Positions 56,398-64,000 of a stretch of DNA of 64,000 nucleotides are shown piece by piece (within the stretch, counting starts at the first letter, position 1; each line of letters starts with the position of its first letter). The DNA is from Candidatus Pacearchaeota archaeon CG1_02_39_14 (GTDB lineage Archaea; Nanobdellota; Nanobdellia; Pacearchaeales; GW2011-AR1): NCBI GenBank assembly GCA_001872315.1, contig MNVZ01000010.1, forward strand, positions 1,057-65,056, read 5' to 3'. Below the pieces are notes generated by a model. That model was given only the letters and a program-made list of their open reading frames with translations, searched no databases and had not been told where the DNA came from. Made by a program: the position numbers and the translations under genes.

Positions 56398-58845
56398 CTA
56401 TTCAACATAAATACCGGGTCTTCCTGGCTTTACCTTGTCGGATTTTCCGGAAGGGTCATACTTATCCTTATCGTTAACAGCATACACCTTAACATCCAGG
56501 CCAGTCCTCTCACTCAAGACCTTATTATTATAATTCTTCAATTCATGAGGCAGAACATAAAGATAAACATTCTCTGCTTTTCCTCCCTTGCTTTCAACCA
56601 GCTTCACTATATGCGCAATATCATTAATGATTTTATCCAAAGCCTTATCTCCCTCCTCTATCTTATCATCTATCTTTTTCTCATTCACCCTTGGCCAGGA
56701 AGCCAGAGAAACAAGCCCTTTTCCCTTCATCTTTGCCCAAAACTCCTCTGCAATATGAGGACAAAAAACACAGAGCACTTTCACAAAACTTTCCAAATCC
56801 GATTTCCCAACTTCTTCCTTTTCAATTACACCAAACAGCTCACGCAATTTTATAACTGCAAGATTATATTTCATACATTCTATGTCATGGGCAATTGTCT
56901 TTATTGCCTTATTCATATAATGTTCAACCTTCCTACTGCTTCTTCCGGTCTTTAAATTCCTAAAATATTCGAACAATCTTAAAATAAATCTCAAACTTCC
57001 CTGCGCACCTTCCTCACTCCAGCTAAAATCTTTGTCGGGCCCTGCAACAGAAACCAAAAACAATCTTACTCCATCTACTCCATATTTCTCTGCCGCTTTT
57101 TCAGGAACAATTATATTTCCCAACGACTTAGACATCTTCCTTCCATCCTCCCCATAAATAAAGCCCTGCGGAAACAACCTCTTTGCTGGTTCTCTTACAT
57201 CCAATAATCCCAAATCAGCCAAAAACTTTGTATAAAATCTGAAGTAAATATCATGCATTGTCGCATGTTCCTTTCCTCCAATATACAAATCTACAGGCAT
57301 CCAGTAATCTGCTTTCTTCTTCTCAAATATTTTTTTCTTATTCTTATTATCCAAATATCTCAAGAAATACCAGCTGCTGTCAACAAAAGTATCCATTGTA
57401 TCTGTCTCTCTTCTAGCCTTCCCACCACATTTCCAGCACTTTGCATTTACAAATTTCTTATTCCCAATCAAGGGATTTTCAACACTATTAAATCTAATAT
57501 TCTCCGGCAACTTCACAGGCAAATCCTTCTCCCTGACAGGCACAGCCCCGCAACTATCGCAATAGATAATCGGTATAGGGGTTCCCCAGAATCTCTGCCT
57601 GCTTATCAGCCAATCCCTCAATTTATAAGCAATCTTCTTCCTCCCAAGCCCTTTTTCCTGTAAAGCAATAGTAATATGCTCCTTGGCTTCAACGCTATTA
57701 AGACCGGAAAATCCGTCGCTATTCACCAACTTGCCATAATTTACATAAGCTTCCTTACTCGCATCACCTTCAATGACTTGTTTTATCTTTAAATTATACT
57801 TCTTAGCAAAATCCCAATCGCGGGCATCATGCGCAGGCACACCCATCACAAGGCCAGAGCCATAATCAGCAACAACGAAATTGCCTGTCCAGATAGGAAT
57901 CTTCTTTCCGGTTAAAGGATGCTTAGCATAACTTCCAGTAAAGACGCCTTCCTTATCCATCTTATCCATATCTTCTTCCTTCGTGCTCTTAACTTTCCTC
58001 AAAAACTTTTCAAATTCAGCTTTCCTGTCAGCAGTAACTAAACTCATTAGCTCAGGATGCTGCGCACTAACAACTAGGAATGTAACACCAAATAAAGTAT
58101 CAACTCGCGTTGTGAATACTTTCCATTTTTTATCATTAACAGAAAAATCAACCTCCGTCCCTTCTGACTTCCCAATCCAATTCCTCTGCATCGCCTTTAT
58201 AAGTTCAGGCCAGTCATCCAATTTATCCAAGCCAGAAAGCAGTTCATCAGCGTATTCCGTCGTCTTAAGAAACCATTGCTCCAATTGCTTAACTTCAACG
58301 TCTGTATCTTCATGTCTCCAGCACCTGCCGTTAACAACCTGCTCATTCGCCAGAACTGTATTACACTTAGGACAAAAATTGACCCCTGCTTTTTTCCTAT
58401 AAGCCAATCCTTTCTCAAGCATCTTCAAAAATATCCACTGGTCCCACTTGTAATAAGCAGGGTCATGGCTCCTCAGCATCCTGTCCCAATCATAGGAAAA
58501 GCCAAAGCATTTCATCTGTTTTATAAAATTCTTTATGGCATCCTCAGTAAATTTTTTAGGATGGCTCTTCGCTTTAATAGCTGCATTTTCAGCTGGTAAT
58601 CCAAAAGAATCAAAGCCTATTGGATGCATTACATTGTATCCTTGCATTCTCTTAAATCTGGCATAAATATCCCCTATCGTATAAATGAAAGCGTGCCCCA
58701 TATGCAACCCAGATCCAGAGGGATAAGGATATTGTTCCAGGACGTAAAACTTCTTTCCTTTTCCATCTTTGGCTTTGAAAGCTTCGGATTTCTCCCATTT
58801 CCCCTGCCACTTTTTTTCTATTGCTTTAAAATTGATTAACTTCAT
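56398..58845 (-). CDS. leuS: leucyl-tRNA synthetase, bacterial type
   Basis: 815 aa with a HMGH-type HIGH motif (PYPSGSGLHMGHAFIYTIGDIYARF), a bacterial-like PIGFDSFGLPAE block, and KMSKS (GRKMSKSLGN). Confidence 0.85.
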   Translation of the reverse strand: MKLINFKAIEKKWQGKWEKSEAFKAKDGKGKKFYVLEQYPYPSGSGLHMGHAFIYTIGDIYARFKRMQGYNVMHPIGFDSFGLPAENAAIKAKSHPKKFTEDAIKNFIKQMKCFGFSYDWDRMLRSHDPAYYKWDQWIFLKMLEKGLAYRKKAGVNFCPKCNTVLANEQVVNGRCWRHEDTDVEVKQLEQWFLKTTEYADELLSGLDKLDDWPELIKAMQRNWIGKSEGTEVDFSVNDKKWKVFTTRVDTLFGVTFLVVSAQHPELMSLVTADRKAEFEKFLRKVKSTKEEDMDKMDKEGVFTGSYAKHPLTGKKIPIWTGNFVVADYGSGLVMGVPAHDARDWDFAKKYNLKIKQVIEGDASKEAYVNYGKLVNSDGFSGLNSVEAKEHITIALQEKGLGRKKIAYKLRDWLISRQRFWGTPIPIIYCDSCGAVPVREKDLPVKLPENIRFNSVENPLIGNKKFVNAKCWKCGGKARRETDTMDTFVDSSWYFLRYLDNKNKKKIFEKKKADYWMPVDLYIGGKEHATMHDIYFRFYTKFLADLGLLDVREPAKRLFPQGFIYGEDGRKMSKSLGNIIVPEKAAEKYGVDGVRLFLVSVAGPDKDFSWSEEGAQGSLRFILRLFEYFRNLKTGRSSRKVEHYMNKAIKTIAHDIECMKYNLAVIKLRELFGVIEKEEVGKSDLESFVKVLCVFCPHIAEEFWAKMKGKGLVSLASWPRVNEKKIDDKIEEGDKALDKIINDIAHIVKLVESKGGKAENVYLYVLPHELKNYNNKVLSERTGLDVKVYAVNDKDKYDPSGKSDKVKPGRPGIYVE

Positions 58846-59420
58846 GATTTCAATATTTCCTTCAGTAATTCTGGAAAAGCTTCAGTATTCATGTCTTCAA
58901 AACAATAGTGTCCATGCTTTTTAAGTTCAATTAATTGGCCTCCTAGTGCCTTGTGAAATATTCTTGCACTTTTCTTACCATCTTCTTCTTCATCATCCGC
59001 AGTAAATATAATTATATCACTAACATTATTTTTAATTTCAGGATTTACTTCATAAGTATAGAATTTCCTCTTTAATTCTAATCTTTCTCCTTTTCCGTAG
59101 GGTATCTTCCATGGAGCAACCAAAATGAGCCTTTTTACTTTTTTGCCCGTATCTCCAAGCCACCTGACTAAAAAGGCTGCTCCACAACTATGACCTACCA
59201 ATATGCTATCCTTATTAACATCTAACTTATCAAACTCTTTTTTCCAAGATTCATAATCAGCTTTCCAAGGTATGGGCATATGAGGAGTTTCTGTCTTTAT
59301 CCCTTTGCCTTCAAGTTTCTTCCTTGTCCACGGAATCCAATGCTTATCGTAAGTTCTTCTTTCGGGATCCATTGCCTTTTCTTCGTCTCCGGGACATCCA
59401 TGCAAGATTATTACATCCAT
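58842..59420 (-). CDS. alpha/beta-hydrolase, YdeN/RBBP9-like serine hydrolase family
   Basis: 192 aa with a nucleophile elbow GHSCG and overall PF06821-like layout. ATGA overlap with leuS. Confidence 0.6.
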   Translation of the reverse strand: MDVIILHGCPGDEEKAMDPERRTYDKHWIPWTRKKLEGKGIKTETPHMPIPWKADYESWKKEFDKLDVNKDSILVGHSCGAAFLVRWLGDTGKKVKRLILVAPWKIPYGKGERLELKRKFYTYEVNPEIKNNVSDIIIFTADDEEEDGKKSARIFHKALGGQLIELKKHGHYCFEDMNTEAFPELLKEILKS

Positions 59421-59490
59421 GCCTATCTCAAAAGAAACATCAATTTAAAACTTTCCACAAATTTATATATCATTCTTCCTTACCTCTAAG

Positions 59491-60003
59491 ATGATTCAAG
59501 CCCATTTATCAGGAGATAAAATAACAAGCAATCAGGCATCAGCATTCTCATTATATGATAAGTCAAGATTCGGAGAGAAAAAGCCTGGAAAAATAGAATA
59601 CTCTCCTATAGAAGCGCTATTCCTTGTCAAAGAAGGAAAGATGCAGATAACCCAGAACAAGAAGGAGCTATCAGAATCCCAAATAATGAAGAAGCTGAAA
59701 AGCAAGGACAAAAGAATAGATCTCAAGCTTCCTGTATTTTCAGATTTCAGGAGAAAAGGATACGTAGCAAAAACAGCATTGAAATTCGGGACTGATTTCA
59801 GAATATATAAAAAGGGAATAAGTCCTGGACAGGACCACGCACTCTGGCTGGTGCAATGTATGAGAGAATCATCTTCATTCACCTGGCAGGACTTTGCAGC
59901 CAAAAATCGTGTGGCTCATTCAGCAAAAAAATCTCTTATAATAGCAATCGTAGATGACGAGGATTCAGTAACCCACTATAAAGTAGACTGGCTAAAGCCA
60001 TAA
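59491..60003 (+). CDS. endA: tRNA-splicing endonuclease, catalytic subunit
   Basis: 170 aa with a C-terminal catalytic domain (GTDFRIYKKG...DHALWLV...RVAHSAKKSLIIAIVDD...YKVDWLKP). Length fits the homotetrameric type. Confidence 0.75.
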   Translation: MIQAHLSGDKITSNQASAFSLYDKSRFGEKKPGKIEYSPIEALFLVKEGKMQITQNKKELSESQIMKKLKSKDKRIDLKLPVFSDFRRKGYVAKTALKFGTDFRIYKKGISPGQDHALWLVQCMRESSSFTWQDFAAKNRVAHSAKKSLIIAIVDDEDSVTHYKVDWLKP

Positions 60004-60046
60004 AATTCTCCATAATATTAATAAACCTCTTCTATCTTCCTGCAAT

Positions 60047-60958
60047 ATGCCTGATATACAAAAAGTGGTGCAAACCAAAGATAAAATCATCGAAACCATA
60101 AAAACCAAAGGCCCTGCATATCCGGCAAAAATAGCAAGGGACGCCGAACTATCTCCCCTATTCGCAGCTGCATTCCTTTCCGAACTAGTGAGGGAAAGAA
60201 AACTTAAAATAAGTAATATGAAAGTCGGCAGCTCTCCGATTTATTATCTCCCGGGACAGGAGCCACAGCTTGAAAGCTTTGTAGAACATTTAAACCATAA
60301 GGAGAGAGAAGCATTTGAGAATTTAAAGAGCCAGCAAATACTGGATGACGAAAAGCAGGAGCCGGCAATACGTGTTGCCTTAAGAAAGATAAAGGATTTT
60401 GCGATTCCAATAAGTGTAAGAATAGATGGGGAATCAAAACTTTTCTGGAGACACTTCCAGTTTCCTGAATCAGAAACCCGGAATAAAATAAGGGAAATTA
60501 TATCTCCCATGGGTCCGGTAAACCAGGGAAAAAATCAAACTAACTCTGAAGTAAAGGAAGAAGCCAGAGAAGAACCTGCTAGTCCCCCAAAAGAAAACCT
60601 TGTTGAAAAGCCAGAGAAGTTTAAGCCCGTTAAAAAGCCACAGGCTTCAGAGTTTGCAGAGTCAATAAAAGATTATCTGGCAGCCAAAGATATTGAGATT
60701 TTAGAAGAAATGTCTGCCAAAAAAAAGGAATTTATCGCCAAAATAAGGACAGACACATTATTCGGAAAGCAGGAATATTATTTAACAGCGAAAGACAAGA
60801 AAAAAGTCAGCCAGGATGACCTGATAATCGCTATCCAAAATGCTCAGGCAGAGAGAATGCCAGCTATTTTCCTTGCCCCAGGCCAGCTGGATAAGGCAGC
60901 CCTGTCATATCTCGACAACTGGAAGAACGTGGTAAAATTCGAAAAAATCAGGATATGA
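60047..60958 (+). CDS. hypothetical protein with N-terminal winged-helix-like region
   Basis: 303 aa. The N-terminal about 80 aa resembles a wHTH (AKIARDAELSPLFAAAFLSELVRERKLKI). The remainder is charged and low-complexity. Confidence 0.4.
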   Translation: MPDIQKVVQTKDKIIETIKTKGPAYPAKIARDAELSPLFAAAFLSELVRERKLKISNMKVGSSPIYYLPGQEPQLESFVEHLNHKEREAFENLKSQQILDDEKQEPAIRVALRKIKDFAIPISVRIDGESKLFWRHFQFPESETRNKIREIISPMGPVNQGKNQTNSEVKEEAREEPASPPKENLVEKPEKFKPVKKPQASEFAESIKDYLAAKDIEILEEMSAKKKEFIAKIRTDTLFGKQEYYLTAKDKKKVSQDDLIIAIQNAQAERMPAIFLAPGQLDKAALSYLDNWKNVVKFEKIRI

Positions 60959-60992
60959 CAATCTTTAAAAAGCCCTCAAACAAATCATATTC

Positions 60993-61202
60993 ATGGGAAA
61001 GATTAAATCAGCTTTAATCAAAAGAACTGCAAGGCAGCTCTTAAATGAGGAAAACTTGTTTAACACTGACTTTGACTATAACAAGAAACTATTAGCGGAC
61101 AGCATGCCCAGCAAGAAAACCAGGAATAAAATAGCCGGTTACCTAGCAAGACTTAAGAGATTTGAGGGAAGAGAAAAGATACCTAAGGTAGTAGCTGAAT
61201 AA
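60993..61202 (+). CDS. rps17e: 30S ribosomal protein S17e
   Basis: 69 aa (MGKIKSALIKRTARQLLNE...TDFDYNKKLL...RNKIAGYLARLKR). Confidence 0.75.
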   Translation: MGKIKSALIKRTARQLLNEENLFNTDFDYNKKLLADSMPSKKTRNKIAGYLARLKRFEGREKIPKVVAE

Positions 61203-61203
61203 A

Positions 61204-61518
61204 ATGGATGTAGAACACGCGAAAAAAGAGAAGGTTTCAAAAAATTCTGAAAATACGGTATTTGTAGGGAACAAGCCCCTTATGAGTTATGTTACAAGCA
61301 CAGTCATGCAGCTAAAAACCGTTCCCGAAGTCACAATAAAAGCCAGAGGGAAGTTCATATCAAAGGCAGTCGACATTACAGAAGTAATCAGAAAAAGGTT
61401 CCTAAAAGAGCAGATTCCGGAGATAAAAGAAATCAAGATAGGAACGGAAGAATACAGCCAGGACAGCAGGCAGATAAAAGTATCAACAATAGACATAATT
61501 CTGGCAAATAGGGCATAA
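61204..61518 (+). CDS. albA: Alba DNA/RNA-binding protein
   Basis: 104 aa (VFVGNKPLMSYV...VTIKARGKFISKAVDITEVIRKRF...IKEIKIGTEE...RQIKVSTIDIIL). Confidence 0.8.
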   Translation: MDVEHAKKEKVSKNSENTVFVGNKPLMSYVTSTVMQLKTVPEVTIKARGKFISKAVDITEVIRKRFLKEQIPEIKEIKIGTEEYSQDSRQIKVSTIDIILANRA

Positions 61519-61525
61519 GCAAGAA

Positions 61526-61537
61526 CACTTAAAAACC
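61526..61537 (+). promoter_or_regulatory. putative archaeal TATA-like element upstream of tRNA-Met
   Basis: CTTAAAAACC centred about 26 nt upstream of the tRNA 5' end. A second A/T block, TTTATTAT, lies at about -14. Confidence 0.25.
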
Positions 61538-61556
61538 ATTTATTATTTCTAATCCC

Positions 61557-61628
61557 GGCTCTGTAGCTTAGAGGTAAAGCGCCTGTCTCATGCGCAGGAG
61601 ATCGAGGGTTCGATTCCCTCCAGAGCCA
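61557..61628 (+). tRNA. tRNA-Met (anticodon CAT; elongator/initiator/Ile2 not distinguishable)
   Basis: 72 nt. Acceptor GGCTCTG pairs with CAGAGCC, plus discriminator A. D-stem GCTT/AAGC. Anticodon stem CCTGT/GCAGG with loop CTCATGC. T-arm GAGGG-TTCGATT-CCCTC. Confidence 0.85.
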
Positions 61629-61662
61629 TAACTCTTATAATCCTACCTGCCTTAAAATTACA

Positions 61663-61875
61663 ATGAACCAGCTGGAAAAAGAGTTGAGAAGATACTCAAT
61701 AGCCGATAAAATAGTGCTTTCAGGAAACATAATTGTTGCAATTCTCCTGATAGTTTTTTCTCAAAGACTCCTCGAGACAAACTTTGGAAAATACACAATC
61801 ACACTGGCCCTTGTTGTCCTTGCACTGATAAGCTGTCTTAGAATATTAAAGAAATGGGGCCCTAAAGATTATTAA
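61663..61875 (+). CDS. small membrane protein
   Basis: 70 aa with two hydrophobic helices. Confidence 0.3.
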   Translation: MNQLEKELRRYSIADKIVLSGNIIVAILLIVFSQRLLETNFGKYTITLALVVLALISCLRILKKWGPKDY

Positions 61876-62681
61876 TTTTCGAATATGCTGTTATAGAAGT
61901 TTTCCCTTAAAACCTCTCTGTTAACTTCTTCCTTGCTAAACCTTCCGAAAAACTCTCTGAAGAAAGACCTTTTTTCCTTCAATCCTGTGAGAGAGGCACA
62001 AAGCCTTCTAACTTCTCTTGAAAACTGGCCCCTCTTATTATGCAAAGGCATTGGCTTTCTTTCGTAAAGACTCCTTGCTACCTTTTTTTCCTCATTTATC
62101 ATCGCAACTACTGGGATTCCAAGAGTTTCCTGAATCTCCTCCAGAGTTATCTGATATTTCGTGTCTAAAACTCTGTTCATTATTATTCCAGATACGTTCC
62201 TGCCTCTCTGCCTTGCGACCCTGGCAATTTTCATTGAGCAGCTTAAGGAAGGATAATCAGGTGTTGAAACAATGAACAAGGAATCAGAGGCAAACATAGC
62301 AGACATCAGTTCCTCATTTAAAGAAGGAGAAGAGTCAATTATTATAAAATCATAACTCTTTCTTGCGTGAGTGAGTTTCTGCCTCAATTTCAAAGGACTA
62401 TATTCTCTTTCAAACATGAAATTTCCAGGAACTGTGTCAACCCCATATTTTTCATGGACTGCTCCCTGCAAGCCCATATTGCTGACTGATAAGACGTCGT
62501 GTACAGTATTCCCTGGAGAAATGATATCCATATGCAGCCCCAGGTTAGGCGCAGAATAATTCCCATCAATAAGAAGAACCTTTTTCCCATAATGATTTGC
62601 AAGTTCAGCGGCCAGAGATGCGCTTAGAGTTGTCTTTCCAACCCCTCCCTTTAATGAAACTAAACTTATCACCTTCCCCAT
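61872..62681 (-). CDS. ParA/MinD-family P-loop ATPase
   Basis: 269 aa with the deviant Walker A motif LKGGVGKTT. Confidence 0.75.
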   Translation of the reverse strand: MGKVISLVSLKGGVGKTTLSASLAAELANHYGKKVLLIDGNYSAPNLGLHMDIISPGNTVHDVLSVSNMGLQGAVHEKYGVDTVPGNFMFEREYSPLKLRQKLTHARKSYDFIIIDSSPSLNEELMSAMFASDSLFIVSTPDYPSLSCSMKIARVARQRGRNVSGIIMNRVLDTKYQITLEEIQETLGIPVVAMINEEKKVARSLYERKPMPLHNKRGQFSREVRRLCASLTGLKEKRSFFREFFGRFSKEEVNREVLRENFYNSIFEN

Positions 62682-62747
62682 TTTATAAAATAAGACACAA
62701 CAGATTAAGGAGTGTCCAATATCATCAGGAAAAAGAATCTTATAAAC

Positions 62748-63194
62748 CTAACTAAGGTTGAGTTTTATCCTGTTGATTATCCCATTCATGGCCTTTTTAG
62801 TAACCCTTTTGCCAGTCTTTCTTTTATAATGGCTTCCAAATTCTTTATCTTCGAAAATCTCTCCCTCGAATCTTACACTCTTAGCATATCTCGGCCTGAC
62901 ATGCCAATGAACATATGGGTTCCATGGTTTTTTCTCAAAAGAATTATTCATCAGGCATCCCCAATTAAAAAGATCAGCACCAAAAGCCTTCCTTATAGCA
63001 GCTTCTAATTTTTTAACGATCTTAAAAAAATCTTTTTGCTCTTTTTCATTCAGATCTGCCAAATCCCCGCAATGCCTTTTTAAGGTCACAAAACATCTTC
63101 CTAAATAATATTGGTCTTCAGATAAATTAATGCTCCAATACTTTGTCTCCAATAGCTGATGATTATCCTTGAATCTGCAAATCTCACAGTCCAT
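62748..63194 (-). CDS. HIT-family (histidine triad) hydrolase
   Basis: 148 aa with an N-terminal CxxC (CEICRF) and the histidine triad HVHWHVRPR. Confidence 0.7.
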   Translation of the reverse strand: MDCEICRFKDNHQLLETKYWSINLSEDQYYLGRCFVTLKRHCGDLADLNEKEQKDFFKIVKKLEAAIRKAFGADLFNWGCLMNNSFEKKPWNPYVHWHVRPRYAKSVRFEGEIFEDKEFGSHYKRKTGKRVTKKAMNGIINRIKLNLS

Positions 63195-63223
63195 AGGATT
63201 TCATAGCCAGATTATTAATAAAC

Positions 63224-63976
63224 CTAATGCCCGCCGGTAATCAAAACGCTGGCAAAATACAGAACAACAAGCCCAAGAATAAAGAAGGTAAAAGCAAGAA
63301 GCGCTTTTCCTAATCTCCCTTCCTTATGAAGTTCAGGAATCAGGTCAGTTGTCGCGATGTAGACAAAACTCCCCGCAACAACAGGAATCAGCATGTCAAC
63401 AAAGCCGGCGTCCTTAAACAGAAACCATCCCAAAACTGCTCCTACAACTGCAAGCAATGCTGAAAGAAAATTGAACATCAGGGCCTTTCCTTTACTAAAC
63501 CCTGCATATACTAAAACGCCAAAATCTCCAATCTCCTGGGGGATTTCGTGGGACATCACTGTAATAGTCGTCGCAATTCCTGCAGGGACAGAGATTATAT
63601 AGCTCACACCTATCAGAATGCCATCCAGAAAATTATGGGCTCCATCTCCTATCAGATTCAGAACCCCAAATCTGTGCTTATGCCCCTTATGCTCTCCAGG
63701 ATTATGACAATGATGCCAATGTATCCCTTTCTCTATAAGAAAAAATAAAGAGAATCCTACCATAAGAAGCACTCCTGCAGTGAGAGGCTCAAGCCCCTCC
63801 TCAATAACTTCCGGCATTAAATGAAAGAAAGCGTTCCCAAGCATTGCTCCAGCAGCAAAGGCAATAAGGATAAACAAGATACTGTCAAGAAGGTTTCTAT
63901 TGAACCCAACAAAAAGGATACCCAAAAGAGCTAATAAACTTACAATCAGGCTGCTTATAATGACATATTCTATCAT
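63224..63976 (-). CDS. ZIP-family divalent metal transporter (ZupT-like)
   Basis: 250 aa with His-rich loops and the ZIP signature HEIPQEIGDF in a TM helix. Confidence 0.8.
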   Translation of the reverse strand: MIEYVIISSLIVSLLALLGILFVGFNRNLLDSILFILIAFAAGAMLGNAFFHLMPEVIEEGLEPLTAGVLLMVGFSLFFLIEKGIHWHHCHNPGEHKGHKHRFGVLNLIGDGAHNFLDGILIGVSYIISVPAGIATTITVMSHEIPQEIGDFGVLVYAGFSKGKALMFNFLSALLAVVGAVLGWFLFKDAGFVDMLIPVVAGSFVYIATTDLIPELHKEGRLGKALLAFTFFILGLVVLYFASVLITGGH

Positions 63977-64000
63977 CTTACTTCTTCACCAAGCCCTTAG

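Noticed and set aside
56545-58839. Plus-strand ORFs of 71-139 aa within leuS
   Set aside because: They are antisense to the 815-aa LeuRS, and their hydrophobic low-complexity translations are typical of AT-rich shadow frames.
61538-61548. ATTTATTATTT as the tRNA-Met TATA box
   Set aside because: It is centred only about 14 nt upstream of the mature 5' end, too close for an archaeal TATA box. The upstream CTTAAAAACC at about -26 is a better but still weak candidate.
1-64000. CRISPR arrays or rRNA genes
   Set aside because: No regularly spaced direct repeats with unique spacers and no rRNA-like conserved stretches were seen anywhere in the window.

Overview
AT-rich, gene-dense chromosomal window from a small-genome archaeon, most likely of DPANN type. 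The archaeal assignment rests on recognisable information-processing genes: TBP, TFE-alpha, RNAP subunit L, Alba, ribosomal protein S17e, tRNA-splicing endonuclease EndA, GatD/GatE, deoxyhypusine synthase, RadB, an ATP-dependent DNA ligase, archaeal-type ProRS and FtsZ. Mixed in are clearly bacterial-type genes: an ECF sigma-70 factor, MnmA, bacterial-type LeuRS and AlaRS, and an NreA-like repair protein ending in a canonical PIP box (QTKLSRFF). Other recognisable content includes an adjacent AsnRS/AspRS pair, GDH, UppS and UppP, a SET-domain protein, two DHH-DHHA1 phosphoesterases, a rhomboid protease, ScpB, a ParA/MinD ATPase, HIT and ZIP proteins, and many small secreted or membrane Cys-rich proteins. 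I found two tRNAs: tRNA-Met(CAT) on the plus strand at 61557-61628, and a tRNA-Arg(TCG)-like gene on the minus strand at 31186-31257 that is overlapped by an over-extended ORF call. The most striking structure is a ~6.4-kb segment (19738-26115) bounded by perfect 23-bp terminal inverted repeats (ACATTGTAACGTTAAAGGGAGTT) and near-identical 10-bp flanking direct repeats. It carries a coupled GT2-GT4-unknown operon, an APH-like kinase, an S66/MccF-like LD-carboxypeptidase, a zinc-finger DDE transposase and a tiny zinc-ribbon ORF. It sits inside what looks like an ancestral tandem array of paralogous secreted Cys-rich proteins (19248-19694 on one side; 26120-27780 on the other). Other points worth a second look are a GC-rich patch with an in-frame-stop pseudogene (33403-34062), a TFE-alpha with a roughly 90-aa lysine-rich tail, a large sequon-rich surface protein, and tandem NTF2-like paralogs whose 3' ends are nearly identical at the DNA level. 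I saw no CRISPR array and no rRNA.
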